A stretch of 64,000 nucleotides of DNA from Christensenellales bacterium (GCA_045114775.1 JBGULC010000008.1:64022-128021), one strand, 5' to 3'. Positions 27,828 through 37,106 are shown, numbered from the stretch's first letter. The notes: generated by a model from the letters alone, not told the origin. Numbers and translations: made by a program.

Positions 27828-29641
27828 ATACCGTTTTGGAAGACAAAATCGCTCTGCTTCCCGAAAAGCCGGGCGTCTATAAAATGCTGGACGAGACCGG
27901 CACGGTAATCTATGTCGGAAAGGCGAAGATCCTGAAAAACCGTGTTCGGCAGTATTTTCAATCCTCCCGGAACCATTCTCCGAAGGTACGGGCCATGGTC
28001 TCTCATATTGCCGATTTCGAAACGATCGAGGTGCACAGCGAGGTCGAAGCTCTGTCTCTTGAGAGCAATCTCATAAAGGAATTCATGCCGAAATACAACA
28101 TTCTTCTGAAGGATGACAAGCACTTCCCTTACTTTCGTATTGATCTACGGCAGGATTTTCCCCGCATTGAAATCGTGCGCCGCGTAAAACAAGACGGCGC
28201 AGTCTATCTCGGTCCGTACATCGTTGGACCTTCCGTAAAGGAAGAGATGCAGCTTGTTTATGATCTGTTTCCTTTACGGCATTGCAAAAAAAGCATTTCC
28301 GGCATGCAGGCGAGGGGTGAACGTCCCTGCCTTCTCCATCACGTCGGTAAATGCTGCGCGCCCTGCAGCGGCGATGTCACGCGCGAACAGTATCACGATC
28401 TTTTGAAAGAAGCAATGCGCCTGCTGAACGGCAAAAGCGGCGATCTGATCCCTTATTTGAAGCAAAAGATGCAGGAGGCGTCGGATGCGCTCGATTTTGA
28501 GCGTGCGGCGCTGCTGCGCGACAAACTGAAGGCTACGATGGCACTGCAGGAAAAGCAGGTCGCCATCAATACGAGCGATCTGACCGCGGACGTGTTCAGC
28601 GTGGATGCACGCAACGATTCCCGAATGGTATTTGCACTGTTTGTTCGGGGCGGTAAAGTCGTCGGTACGCATGCGTTCCCCTTGGAAGGCGACGGAGACG
28701 ACGCAAAAGAAGATTGGCTGCATGCATTTCTGCTGCAGTATTACGGACAGGACGGGATCGAGATTCCTCCCGTCGTTCTGCTTGCAAAGCAATGCACCGA
28801 TATGTCGGAAATTGCCGAGTGGCTGAGCGAACGAAAGCACCGCAAGGTCAGCGTATCTGTACCGCAGCGCGGTGATAAGCGTCAGCTTACGGATATGGCG
28901 TCGCAGAACTGCAGCGCGCTTCTGGAAAAGAACGACCGGATCCGCATCTGCTCCTGGGAGCGCGGCGAAGGCGCCCTTGCACAACTCTCGGGTATTCTCG
29001 GTCTTGATGAGATCCCCTCCCGTATGGAGTGCTTCGACAATTCGCACCTGATGGGTACGAATACCGTCGCTTCTATGGTCGTATTCCGCGACGGTAAACC
29101 GGATAAAACCGCTTACCGCCATTTCAGGATCCGTTCGGACGCCGGCGGCGACGATCTGATCTCCATGCAGGAAGTATTGACAAGACGGCTCTCCGGCGAA
29201 GGCGAGCTGCCCGATCTGATCGTACTGGACGGCGGCAAAACGCAGTTGGAGATCGGCATCCAAGTCCTCAAAGCATTGAACCTTACGCAGATTCCGATCT
29301 GCGCGCTTGCGGAATCCGACGAGCTGATCTATCTGCCGGACCAGGAGGATCCGATCATGATCCCGAAAAACAGCGCTCCGCTGCATCTGATCGAACGGCT
29401 GCGCGATGAAGCGCACCGGTTCGCGATTTCCTATCACCGCAATCTCAGGAGCAAGAGCGCACTGTACTCACGGCTCGATGAAATTCCCGGCGTCGGCGAG
29501 AAGCGCAAGCGCATTTTGTTCGATACATTTCTGACTGTGGAACAAATCAAAAAAACAAGCGTTGAGCAGCTTGCTTCCGTAAAAGGGATCTCGCGTCCTG
29601 TCGCCGAAGCGGTATTTGAGTATTTCCATTCCCAACAATAA
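27824..29641 (+). CDS. uvrC: excinuclease ABC subunit C
   Basis: GIY-YIG N-terminus (GVYKMLDETGTVIYVGKA), a UVR motif and a C-terminal (HhH)2. Its start overlaps the maf stop (ATGA). Confidence 0.95.
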   Translation: MNTVLEDKIALLPEKPGVYKMLDETGTVIYVGKAKILKNRVRQYFQSSRNHSPKVRAMVSHIADFETIEVHSEVEALSLESNLIKEFMPKYNILLKDDKHFPYFRIDLRQDFPRIEIVRRVKQDGAVYLGPYIVGPSVKEEMQLVYDLFPLRHCKKSISGMQARGERPCLLHHVGKCCAPCSGDVTREQYHDLLKEAMRLLNGKSGDLIPYLKQKMQEASDALDFERAALLRDKLKATMALQEKQVAINTSDLTADVFSVDARNDSRMVFALFVRGGKVVGTHAFPLEGDGDDAKEDWLHAFLLQYYGQDGIEIPPVVLLAKQCTDMSEIAEWLSERKHRKVSVSVPQRGDKRQLTDMASQNCSALLEKNDRIRICSWERGEGALAQLSGILGLDEIPSRMECFDNSHLMGTNTVASMVVFRDGKPDKTAYRHFRIRSDAGGDDLISMQEVLTRRLSGEGELPDLIVLDGGKTQLEIGIQVLKALNLTQIPICALAESDELIYLPDQEDPIMIPKNSAPLHLIERLRDEAHRFAISYHRNLRSKSALYSRLDEIPGVGEKRKRILFDTFLTVEQIKKTSVEQLASVKGISRPVAEAVFEYFHSQQ

Positions 29642-29642
29642 T

Positions 29643-29676
29643 ACAATACCGTCGGAATCGTTTCCGACGGTATTGT
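29643..29676. terminator. bidirectional terminator after uvrC
   Basis: ACAATACCGTCGGA-atcgtt-TCCGACGGTATTGT forms a perfect 14-bp stem. Confidence 0.75.
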
Positions 29677-29690
29677 CGTTCTGAAACGTA

Positions 29691-30149
29691 TTATTGCTTC
29701 AATTCTTCTTTGATCTCATCAATCCTGTCGATGGCAAGCAATACGATCTTCTGCTTGTTTGTATTGATCACAAGCGCATTGTACATTCGCATGCCTCCGA
29801 CGGAGACGTCTGTCTTTCCGATACCGCGGATCTCGCTTTTGGCAATATCAAACGGTATTCCCTTCTTAAACGGAGACGGTGTGCTGAGCCCGGATATGCG
29901 GTCGTCGGTTATCACGCAATAGGACTTTCCTGTCGAAAGCATGACGCGAAATGCGCGATACCCGCAATAGCCGAGAAACAGAACGATCGCCACGTAAATC
30001 AGGCTGAACGGACTGAATTGAAAAACGCCGTCTACAATGTTGCGGAAAACAAATAGGACGATGATGATCGGAATGCTGACGGCATAAAACCAAAATGTGA
30101 TCCGTGACTGCGTCAGCTCGCTCTTGCTGCAGTTGTATCTTTTTTCCAT
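29691..30149 (-). CDS. hypothetical small membrane protein (two TM segments plus a possible PH-like beta domain)
   Basis: The ORF is trimmed to MEKRYN because the longer form runs through a terminator into the EF-G gene. Two hydrophobic helices are present. I recognise no family. Confidence 0.5.
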   Translation of the reverse strand: MEKRYNCSKSELTQSRITFWFYAVSIPIIIVLFVFRNIVDGVFQFSPFSLIYVAIVLFLGYCGYRAFRVMLSTGKSYCVITDDRISGLSTPSPFKKGIPFDIAKSEIRGIGKTDVSVGGMRMYNALVINTNKQKIVLLAIDRIDEIKEELKQ

Positions 30150-30151
30150 AC

Positions 30152-30179
30152 CAAAAATCGGGAGCGCAGCGCGCTCCCG
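30152..30179 (-). terminator. rho-independent terminator after the EF-G paralog
   Basis: On the minus strand: CGGGAGCGC-gct-GCGCTCCCG followed by ATTTTTGG. The next ATG (30149) follows 3 nt later. Confidence 0.7.
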
Positions 30180-30192
30180 TTCCCTTTCGGAA

Positions 30193-32250
30193 TTATTCTT
30201 CTTCTTCGTCCTCGCGCTTTGCCTGCTCGATGATCTTCTTTGCCTGCTCAGCGGGAACATCCTCGTAGCGGGTGAATTCGCTGCGGAAGGAACCGCGCGC
30301 CTGCGTCATAGAGCGCAGGTCGGTCGCATACTTGAACATCTCGGAAAGCGGAGCTTCCGCAACGATCTCGGTGCCGCCGTTAGAAGGCGTCATTCCGAGC
30401 ATTCTGCCGCGGCGACGGCTGAGGTCGCCCATGATATCGCCGACGTTGTCGTTCGGTACCCAGATGTAATAGGTGTAGATCGGCTCGGTGAGCGCAGGGC
30501 TTGCTTTGACGCACGCCGCCTTATAGGAAAGACGTGCTGCGCTCTTGAACGCGACTTCCTTGGAATCGACGGGATGATACTTGCCGTCGTACAGCGTCGC
30601 CTTGATGCCTACCATCGGATAGCCTGCGAGTACGCCGTGGAGCATTGCCTCACGGAGGCCCTTTTCGACTGCGGGAATGTATTCCTTCGGAACGACGCCG
30701 CCGACGATCGCGTTAACAAACTCGAAATCAACGCCTTCGGGTGCGGGCTCGAACCGCATTTGCACGACGCCGAACTGACCGCTGCCGCCGGACTGCTTCT
30801 TATGCTTGCCTTCTGCTTCCGCCGTGGAACGGATCGTCTCGCGATACGGGATGCGCGGGTCAGCAAGCTGCGCTTCGACGTTGCTCTTGTTGCGGATCTT
30901 TGCGCAGGTGACGTCAAGATGCATTTCGCCGAGGCCCTTCAGCAGCACGTCGCCGGTCTCCGCGTTCTTCTCGATCGCAATGGTCGGATCTTCTTCAAGG
31001 AGCTTGTTGAGACCGCCGATGACCTTATCCTCTTCACCCTGCTTCTTTGCGGTGACAGCAAGGCTGATGCACGGCTCGGGGAATACGATCTTTTCGATCG
31101 TTACCACGTCGGTCGCGTCGCAGAGCGTTTCGTTCGTGTTGGAGATCTGCAGCTTCGGGATCGCTCCGATGTCGCCCGCATTGAGCTTATCGACCGCGAT
31201 GGACTTCTTGCCGCGGAGCATAACGGGCGCCGTGGGCTTTTCGTTCTTTTCCTGGTTCGCATTGAACAATGCAACGCCGCCGTCAAGCGTACCGCGATGG
31301 ACCTTTACGATGCTGTATTTACCGAACTGATCGTTGACCGTCTTGTAGATGTGGCAGACCATCTTGCCGTCTCTCGTGAGCTCGATCTCTTCGCCGTTCT
31401 TGTACGCCTTCGGAAGCTTCGCATCGGCCGCCGTAGGCATATAGTGAAGGATATAGTCAAGCAGCGTGGTGACGCCGATGTTGTTGAGCGCGGACGTGCA
31501 GCAGACGGGCGTGATATCGCCGTCCAGAACGCCCTTCGAAAGGCCCATCAGGATCTGCTCGCGGGAAAGCTCCATCGTCTCAAGATATTCCATCATGAGA
31601 TCTTCGTCCGCTTCGGCTGCCGCTTCGGTCAACTTCTCATAGAGCTCCTGCGCTTCTGCTTCGAGATTGCCGGGGATCGGAACTTCCTTCTCGCCCTTGC
31701 CCTCGAACATCTTCGCGTTCATGTTGACGATATCGACATAGCCCTTGAACGCACCGCCCTGCATGATCGGGAGCTGGATCGGAACGACGTTGACGCCGAA
31801 CTTCTCGTTGACCATCTGCATGGTCTTCTCAAAATTGGCGTTGTCGCGGTCCATCTGATTGATGACCATCATGCGCGCTTTATGCTGTTCTTTGCACATC
31901 GCCATCGTCTTCTCTGCGCCGACTGCCGGACCGGAGACTGCACCGATCACGATCAGCGCAGCATCGCAAAGCGCCATCGCCGCAGCGACCTCGCCGTAGA
32001 AATCGAAGAAACCGGGAGCGTCGATCAGGTTGATCTTCGTGTTCTTCCACTCCAAAGGTGCAAGAGCCATGTTGATGGAAATAGAGCGCTTGATCTCCTC
32101 CGGGTCGAAGTCCGTTGTGGGTGCGTTGTTCGGAAAACGATCTACAAGACCTGCATTGTACAGCATGGCCTCTGTTAAAGTCGTTTTGCCTTCGCCGCCG
32201 TGTCCGAAGACGCCGATGTTGCGAATCTCATTCGCGGTGTAGAATTTCAT
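30193..32250 (-). CDS. elongation factor G paralog (EF-G2-like translational GTPase)
   Basis: G1 GHGGEGKTT, G3 DAPG, and G4 reading NQMD. Full five-domain length of 685 aa, with its own promoter and terminator. Confidence 0.85.
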   Translation of the reverse strand: MKFYTANEIRNIGVFGHGGEGKTTLTEAMLYNAGLVDRFPNNAPTTDFDPEEIKRSISINMALAPLEWKNTKINLIDAPGFFDFYGEVAAAMALCDAALIVIGAVSGPAVGAEKTMAMCKEQHKARMMVINQMDRDNANFEKTMQMVNEKFGVNVVPIQLPIMQGGAFKGYVDIVNMNAKMFEGKGEKEVPIPGNLEAEAQELYEKLTEAAAEADEDLMMEYLETMELSREQILMGLSKGVLDGDITPVCCTSALNNIGVTTLLDYILHYMPTAADAKLPKAYKNGEEIELTRDGKMVCHIYKTVNDQFGKYSIVKVHRGTLDGGVALFNANQEKNEKPTAPVMLRGKKSIAVDKLNAGDIGAIPKLQISNTNETLCDATDVVTIEKIVFPEPCISLAVTAKKQGEEDKVIGGLNKLLEEDPTIAIEKNAETGDVLLKGLGEMHLDVTCAKIRNKSNVEAQLADPRIPYRETIRSTAEAEGKHKKQSGGSGQFGVVQMRFEPAPEGVDFEFVNAIVGGVVPKEYIPAVEKGLREAMLHGVLAGYPMVGIKATLYDGKYHPVDSKEVAFKSAARLSYKAACVKASPALTEPIYTYYIWVPNDNVGDIMGDLSRRRGRMLGMTPSNGGTEIVAEAPLSEMFKYATDLRSMTQARGSFRSEFTRYEDVPAEQAKKIIEQAKREDEEEE

Positions 32251-32324
32251 GTTTGTTCCCCCTGTTGGAATTTGGTATTCAAAATTGAATCCGCTTACAC
32301 GGATTAACCCAATTTAATCAATTG

Positions 32325-32353
32325 ATTATAACACAACAAATCCGATCTGTAAA
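32325..32353 (-). promoter_or_regulatory. promoter of the EF-G paralog
   Basis: On the minus strand: TTTACA (32353-32348), 17-nt spacer, TATAAT (32330-32325). The roughly 70-nt leader contains a small hairpin, AATCCG-N6-CGGATT (32288-32305). Confidence 0.6.
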
Positions 32354-32354
32354 C

Positions 32355-33608
32355 CTAAACTTTCCACGAATTTGCATATTCTTTTTGAATTTCGGTCAAA
32401 GTATCGACCGCCGCGCCGATGCTGCGGAGTTTTTCGTTTGCAACAAAGCCATCGATCTCTTCCGGAACCGCATATACGCGTGCTTCCCGCGGGGTATGCA
32501 GCGCGATTTCACGGGCGCACAGCGCCTGGATCGCGAAGCTCATATCCATGATCTCGGCGGGATGTCCGTCACCGGATGCGAGATTGACAAGTCTCCCTTC
32601 CGCGAGCACGTACAACCATCGGCCGTTCTCCAAACGATATCCCATGATGTTTGGCTTCATCTGACGTGCTTCGACCGCAATTCTCTTCAGCGTCGCAACG
32701 TCTACCTCGACGTCAAAGTGTCCTGCATTTGCAAGCAAAACGCCGTTCTTCATGCGGCGCATGTGTTCCTCCGTGATCACGTCACGCATACCTGTGACCG
32801 TGATAAACACATCTCCGAGTTCGGCGGCATCTACCATTTTCATTACGGAGAAGCCGTCCATAACAGCTTCAATTGCCTTAACCGGGTCGATCTCCGTGAC
32901 GATCACGCGTGCGCCGAGGCCTTTTGCACGCATTGCGACGCCTCGTCCGCACCATCCGTATCCCGCGACGACGACCGTCTTGCCCGCAACGATCAGATTT
33001 GTCGTACGGTCGATCCCGTCGAAAACCGACTGACCGGTTCCGTATCGGTTGTCAAACAAATGCTTGCATTGCGCGTCATTGACGTCGAACATCGGAAAAC
33101 GCAACGAACCGTCCTTCTGCATGGCAAGCAGACGATGTACGCCCGTCGTCGTTTCCTCACAACCGCCTTTCACCTTGGAAATCAGATGCGGAAGCTTTGT
33201 GTGCAGCGTTGCAACGAGGTCGCATCCATCGTCGATGATAACGTCCGGTTCCGCAGAAAGAACGCTGAGAAGACATTCTTCATAGACCTCCGGAGAAGCG
33301 CCGTGGATCGCGTAGACGGACATACCCTCATGTACAAGAGCAGCAGCAACATCGTCCTGTGTCGAAAGTGGGTTGCTGCCGGTAACGAACATCTCAGCGC
33401 CGCCCGCTTTTAGTACTTGACACAGATATGCCGTCTTGGCTTCCAGATGTACCGAGAGCGCGATTCTGAGGCCTTTGAACGGTTGTTCAACGCGGAACTG
33501 TTCTTCGATCCCGTTCAGCAGGGACATGTTTCGACGAACCCACTCAATTTTGTCAAGGCCAGATGGGTATAACGATTCATCCGCGATCCTGTATTCTCTT
33601 TCGCTCAT
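32355..33608 (-). CDS. ahcY: adenosylhomocysteinase
   Basis: 417 aa, NAD-binding motif VAGYGWCGRG, and a typical N-terminus with YRIAD. Confidence 0.9.
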   Translation of the reverse strand: MSEREYRIADESLYPSGLDKIEWVRRNMSLLNGIEEQFRVEQPFKGLRIALSVHLEAKTAYLCQVLKAGGAEMFVTGSNPLSTQDDVAAALVHEGMSVYAIHGASPEVYEECLLSVLSAEPDVIIDDGCDLVATLHTKLPHLISKVKGGCEETTTGVHRLLAMQKDGSLRFPMFDVNDAQCKHLFDNRYGTGQSVFDGIDRTTNLIVAGKTVVVAGYGWCGRGVAMRAKGLGARVIVTEIDPVKAIEAVMDGFSVMKMVDAAELGDVFITVTGMRDVITEEHMRRMKNGVLLANAGHFDVEVDVATLKRIAVEARQMKPNIMGYRLENGRWLYVLAEGRLVNLASGDGHPAEIMDMSFAIQALCAREIALHTPREARVYAVPEEIDGFVANEKLRSIGAAVDTLTEIQKEYANSWKV

Positions 33609-33609
33609 T

Positions 33610-34872
33610 TCAGTTCTCCTCCAAATACTTGATTGCTGCAGTCAGCTGCGTATCCAATTCACCCGGTATGTACTCGATCGTAAGCTTTTTTGCATCCTCA
33701 GGTAGTTCGACAATATGATCCGGAATAATGCCTTCGTCCTGCACACATACGCCATTCGGAGTGAAATATGCGTCCGTTGTAAGCTTCATCCATCCATCTG
33801 TCTCATCAATCTTATAGAAAGATTGTACGATCCCTTTGCCGTAAGTCTTTGTACCGATGAGATATGCCGCTTCGTAGTCCTTCATGGCTCCAGCGACAAG
33901 TTCGCTTGCGGAAGCAGTCATCTCGTTCACAAGAATCACCGTATTAATGTCCATACCGCTGTTTTGTGTCTTATACTCTGTTACATAGCCTGTGCGCGAT
34001 CGCAGTGTTGTAACGATATGGTTTTTCGGCAAGAACAGATCTGCAATATCGATCGCATCTTTGAGTGATCCGCCGAGATTGTCCCGAAGATCAAGAACAA
34101 GCTCTTTCATTCCTGTCTTTAGCAGTGCGGCGATTGCTTCCCTTGTTTCCTCCACACAGGTGCCGTGAAAGGAAAGAATGTGGATATAACCGATCGAATT
34201 TGTCAGCATACGATATGATACGGCAGGAGTATGTACCTCGCGCGCTATAAGCAGGAAGGAAAGGGTTTCGGTCCCACGTTTAATTACAAACGTATTCTCC
34301 GCTCCGTCCTCTGCGTGGACGTTGGACAAAAAGTCGCCGAGCGATTCGCCGCTGTACACGACTCCGTTGATTTCTATGATAATATCGCCCTTTTGCAGCC
34401 CTGCGTCCTTTGCCGGCGTATCGTCATAGACATCAAGAATCTCGACTGCACCGTCTTCATTGACCTGCGTAAGCACGCCTATTCCTATAAACGCGCGTTC
34501 ATTCTGCTTTTGCAGCTCTGCATATTCCTCTGCAGTGTAATATGTTGCATAGAGATCGCCCGTTGCCGTCGCAAGCCCTTTTAACGCAGCATCCGTCAAC
34601 TGCGTTTCGTCTTCTGTATAATAGAAGCCGTTTTCACGGATGATGTTCCTTGCCTGTCGAACGGAAAAAACCAGATGTCCATCCTGTTCCCGATACTGTT
34701 TTTCTGCAGCTGTCCAGGTATAGCATCCAGCGGAGATCGCTCCGATTGTCGCCGCAGCAATAACAGAAACGATCAGGATCAGCAGAAACATGCCGTTTAT
34801 CTTATTATTGCGTTTGCGACAGTCTTTGCTGTCTTTATTCTCTGTGAGATATGTTTTTTCTGTCTGTTCCAT
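33610..34872 (-). CDS. S41-family C-terminal processing peptidase
   Basis: N-terminal TM segment, a PDZ-like segment, catalytic region TASASELVA ... GTKTYGKG. Confidence 0.85.
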   Translation of the reverse strand: MEQTEKTYLTENKDSKDCRKRNNKINGMFLLILIVSVIAAATIGAISAGCYTWTAAEKQYREQDGHLVFSVRQARNIIRENGFYYTEDETQLTDAALKGLATATGDLYATYYTAEEYAELQKQNERAFIGIGVLTQVNEDGAVEILDVYDDTPAKDAGLQKGDIIIEINGVVYSGESLGDFLSNVHAEDGAENTFVIKRGTETLSFLLIAREVHTPAVSYRMLTNSIGYIHILSFHGTCVEETREAIAALLKTGMKELVLDLRDNLGGSLKDAIDIADLFLPKNHIVTTLRSRTGYVTEYKTQNSGMDINTVILVNEMTASASELVAGAMKDYEAAYLIGTKTYGKGIVQSFYKIDETDGWMKLTTDAYFTPNGVCVQDEGIIPDHIVELPEDAKKLTIEYIPGELDTQLTAAIKYLEEN

Positions 34873-34895
34873 TTTCTCTACCTGCCTTTTTCGTT

Positions 34896-34937
34896 AAAAA
34901 GAGACCGTGAAAAGCCTGCGATCTTTTTCACAGTCTC
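34896..34937 (-). terminator. rho-independent terminator after the small ATPase gene
   Basis: On the minus strand: GAGACTGTGAAAA-11 nt-TTTTCACGGTCTC (13-bp stem, one G-U pair) followed by TTTTT. Confidence 0.75.
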
Positions 34938-34964
34938 CTTAGACAACCATATTCCTGCATAAAG

Positions 34965-35375
34965 CTATGCGGTATACTCCTTCAAAAAAAGCGGAAGCTG
35001 TTCCGGCGCGCAGGATAGTGAAATCACCAACTTGATCGAATGCGCCTCGGAGAACCTTTTCAGATGCTCGAACATTTCTTTGAGAGAATCCAGATCATGA
35101 TGAACAAGATGCATGAAGCTGTCTATCACGATGTACTCCAAATCATGGTCCGAAGCGGAAATTCCGCACAGAAATCCGTAAAACATCTTCGGGCCGGACA
35201 ACGCATACTCCGTTGCATTGATAAAGCGAACGGAAAGATTCAGATCGTACATGTAGCGATCGTCTTCATCAATGAAAGCGACGCTTCCCTTTGCCTTTTC
35301 CGCCGCTTGATTGGCAATCTCAAGAATCCTTTTTGTCTTTCCCGATCCTTTTTCGCCGAAAACAAGTTGAATCAA
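34965..35375 (-). CDS. small RecA-fold P-loop ATPase of unknown function
   Basis: Walker A is GEKGSGKT and a Walker B-like strand reads EYIVIDSF. The preferred start is the TTG at 35375, 6 nt after GGAGGT. The ORF track's start at 35411 is also TTG but lacks an RBS. GC is about 46%. Confidence 0.6.
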   Translation of the reverse strand: MIQLVFGEKGSGKTKRILEIANQAAEKAKGSVAFIDEDDRYMYDLNLSVRFINATEYALSGPKMFYGFLCGISASDHDLEYIVIDSFMHLVHHDLDSLKEMFEHLKRFSEAHSIKLVISLSCAPEQLPLFLKEYTA

Positions 35376-35453
35376 TTTTGCACCTCCGATTTTTGTTTCA
35401 TTATATCGCAATTATCTTTCGTATGCAAGCCCGATTCACGGTTGATGAAACAG

Positions 35454-37106
35454 TTACCCGTAAAACCCGAGTTCTTTCATCAGCATGCGATAGCTTTGAT
35501 CGAATCTCTCGGCTTCCATAGATTCCAAAGCATACTGCGGCATAACATCCGTGGGGATCCGAAATGTATGTTCTTTCCAATAGTATAGCTTCTTTGCGTT
35601 CCTGCCTGTACCGTCGAAAACGGCATCCATGGAATAAACCTCTCTTTTCTGAGCCTGTTTGAACGCTGTGATACTGACTGTAAGCTGAGAATCAGAGAAA
35701 TCGTACGTCAGATATGCATCGTCTTTTCCGTCTCTGTCGCAATCAATCCTGTCTATAACCATCTGATAATGCGAACTGTAATGTATAATATCTCCGGATT
35801 CCGCACGGTCAAATTCTATCCGGTTATCTTTTGTTTTTTTATGTTCTCCAAGTAAATCGATTCTGGCTTCCAGTTCCGAAGCGATATTCATCCCTGCCTG
35901 TTTATATGCCCAGACGATTGCTGCTGCATCATGCATACCTTTACAGCGGAGATTTGCCGTGATCTCATTTCCATTGAGTCGATTCCCCCACATCGGATCG
36001 ACTCCCCATTCTTTTGCTCTGTCGAAAGAACCGCCGACCTGATGCGGAACGGAATACTCGTATTTTGCCAATTCGGAAATCAATGATACTCCGGATGTAA
36101 CGACGCCTGCACGAGTATAAAAACCTGCTGCGGCTATATTCCGGCTGATCCGCCTGTTGAACTCATCCACCGATGTTTTTTCGCCCTTCAATACACTTTT
36201 CAACGGATCGATCAAGCTTCTGATATTGCTATTGTCTATTGGATACAAAAATCCGGATGTTACCGTGATATTGATTGGTTGGCAGATGTTTTCTTCAGCG
36301 TCACGGATCCAAAGGGTATACTGTCCATCGTATTTGAAGATACGAAGCGTATCTGCTGCATCTCCGTTATCTCCTATATCAAACCAATCACGCGAGTCCT
36401 CCGGGGGTGTTGTTCCGGCAACGGTAAAGCAGTATGCCTGCATCGTCTTACCGTTCTTCAACTTTGCCTCTACGACACCGCCGCGAACAGATACCTCGAT
36501 GTCGTCGTTCTCGTTCGTAAAGTTTACCGGAATACCGTCGATTTCCTGAAAAAACACAAGATCGTCACGGATCATTTTGAACTCACCGAATTTCAGTATA
36601 TCGGCTTTTGAAAAATATCTCAATTCAAGAGCCTTCTCCTGAGAAGGGTACAGTGTTACGCCCTGCGCAGTAAAAGCATAAGTTCCTTCGACATCCTGAT
36701 GTATAACAGAAGCAAGATATGTTCCGTCTTCTCTGAGCTCCAAAGAAAAAGGCAGATCTTCAATCGTCCAAATTCCGACATACGGATTGGGTTCGGGCGA
36801 CGGCGTCGGAGTTTCTGTCGGATCCGGTGTGAACGTCAGCACAGGTGTTGCTGTCGGCGTTGATTGTGGTTCCGGCGTAAGCTTCGGTGTCGGCTCCGGC
36901 GATGGTTCCGGTGTTTGTGTCGGACTTGTCAGGAGAATCTGAACGTCTGTCGGTTGCTCTTCCGCGGGCGTCGGCATAGATTCGGATTGTGTTGATTGAA
37001 TCGGTGCTTCCATCGTCGTCATATGCTCCGGTGTGTCTGTACTGCATCCGAAACAAATTGAAAGCAGAAAACATAATACAGTTATAACATGAAATGCTTT
37101 TTTCAC
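35454..37106 (-). CDS. secreted/lipoprotein-like protein with a Pro/Thr-rich linker and a divergent NlpC/P60-like C-terminal region
   Basis: GTG start behind a GGAG RBS gives the signal peptide VKKAFHVITVLCFLLSICFGC. The PT-rich linker follows. The C-terminus has YSVPHQVGG, LRCKG...WAYKQAGMNI and ESGDIIHYSSHYQMVI, which resembles the Cys/His layout of NlpC/P60. GC is about 44%. Confidence 0.55.
   Translation of the reverse strand: MKKAFHVITVLCFLLSICFGCSTDTPEHMTTMEAPIQSTQSESMPTPAEEQPTDVQILLTSPTQTPEPSPEPTPKLTPEPQSTPTATPVLTFTPDPTETPTPSPEPNPYVGIWTIEDLPFSLELREDGTYLASVIHQDVEGTYAFTAQGVTLYPSQEKALELRYFSKADILKFGEFKMIRDDLVFFQEIDGIPVNFTNENDDIEVSVRGGVVEAKLKNGKTMQAYCFTVAGTTPPEDSRDWFDIGDNGDAADTLRIFKYDGQYTLWIRDAEENICQPINITVTSGFLYPIDNSNIRSLIDPLKSVLKGEKTSVDEFNRRISRNIAAAGFYTRAGVVTSGVSLISELAKYEYSVPHQVGGSFDRAKEWGVDPMWGNRLNGNEITANLRCKGMHDAAAIVWAYKQAGMNIASELEARIDLLGEHKKTKDNRIEFDRAESGDIIHYSSHYQMVIDRIDCDRDGKDDAYLTYDFSDSQLTVSITAFKQAQKREVYSMDAVFDGTGRNAKKLYYWKEHTFRIPTDVMPQYALESMEAERFDQSYRMLMKELGFYG

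Noticed and set aside
30097-32178. A 693-aa ORF on the plus strand. Similar very long ORFs lie antisense to known genes, for example 47707-49689 (-), 42776-44050 (-), 44143-45330 (-), 55658-56890 (-), 56283-57530 (-), 19009-20313 (+), 28274-29437 (-) and 32322-33413 (+).
   Set aside because: Each lies entirely opposite a gene with unmistakable conserved motifs (EF-G, priA, ligA, the AIR-synthase-like gene, fmt/rsmB, yloV, uvrC, ahcY). Their products are Arg/Ala/Gly-rich low-complexity strings with no motifs. Stop-poor antisense frames are expected in GC-rich, codon-biased genes.
36780-36960. Repetitive GC-rich DNA (ggttccggcg / gtcggc units), and the 36-nt duplication at 25591-25662, as possible repeat arrays.
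   Set aside because: Both lie in frame inside coding sequences and translate to Pro/Thr/Glu-rich or Ala/Pro/Glu-rich linkers. They are low-complexity coding repeats, not CRISPR or satellite arrays.
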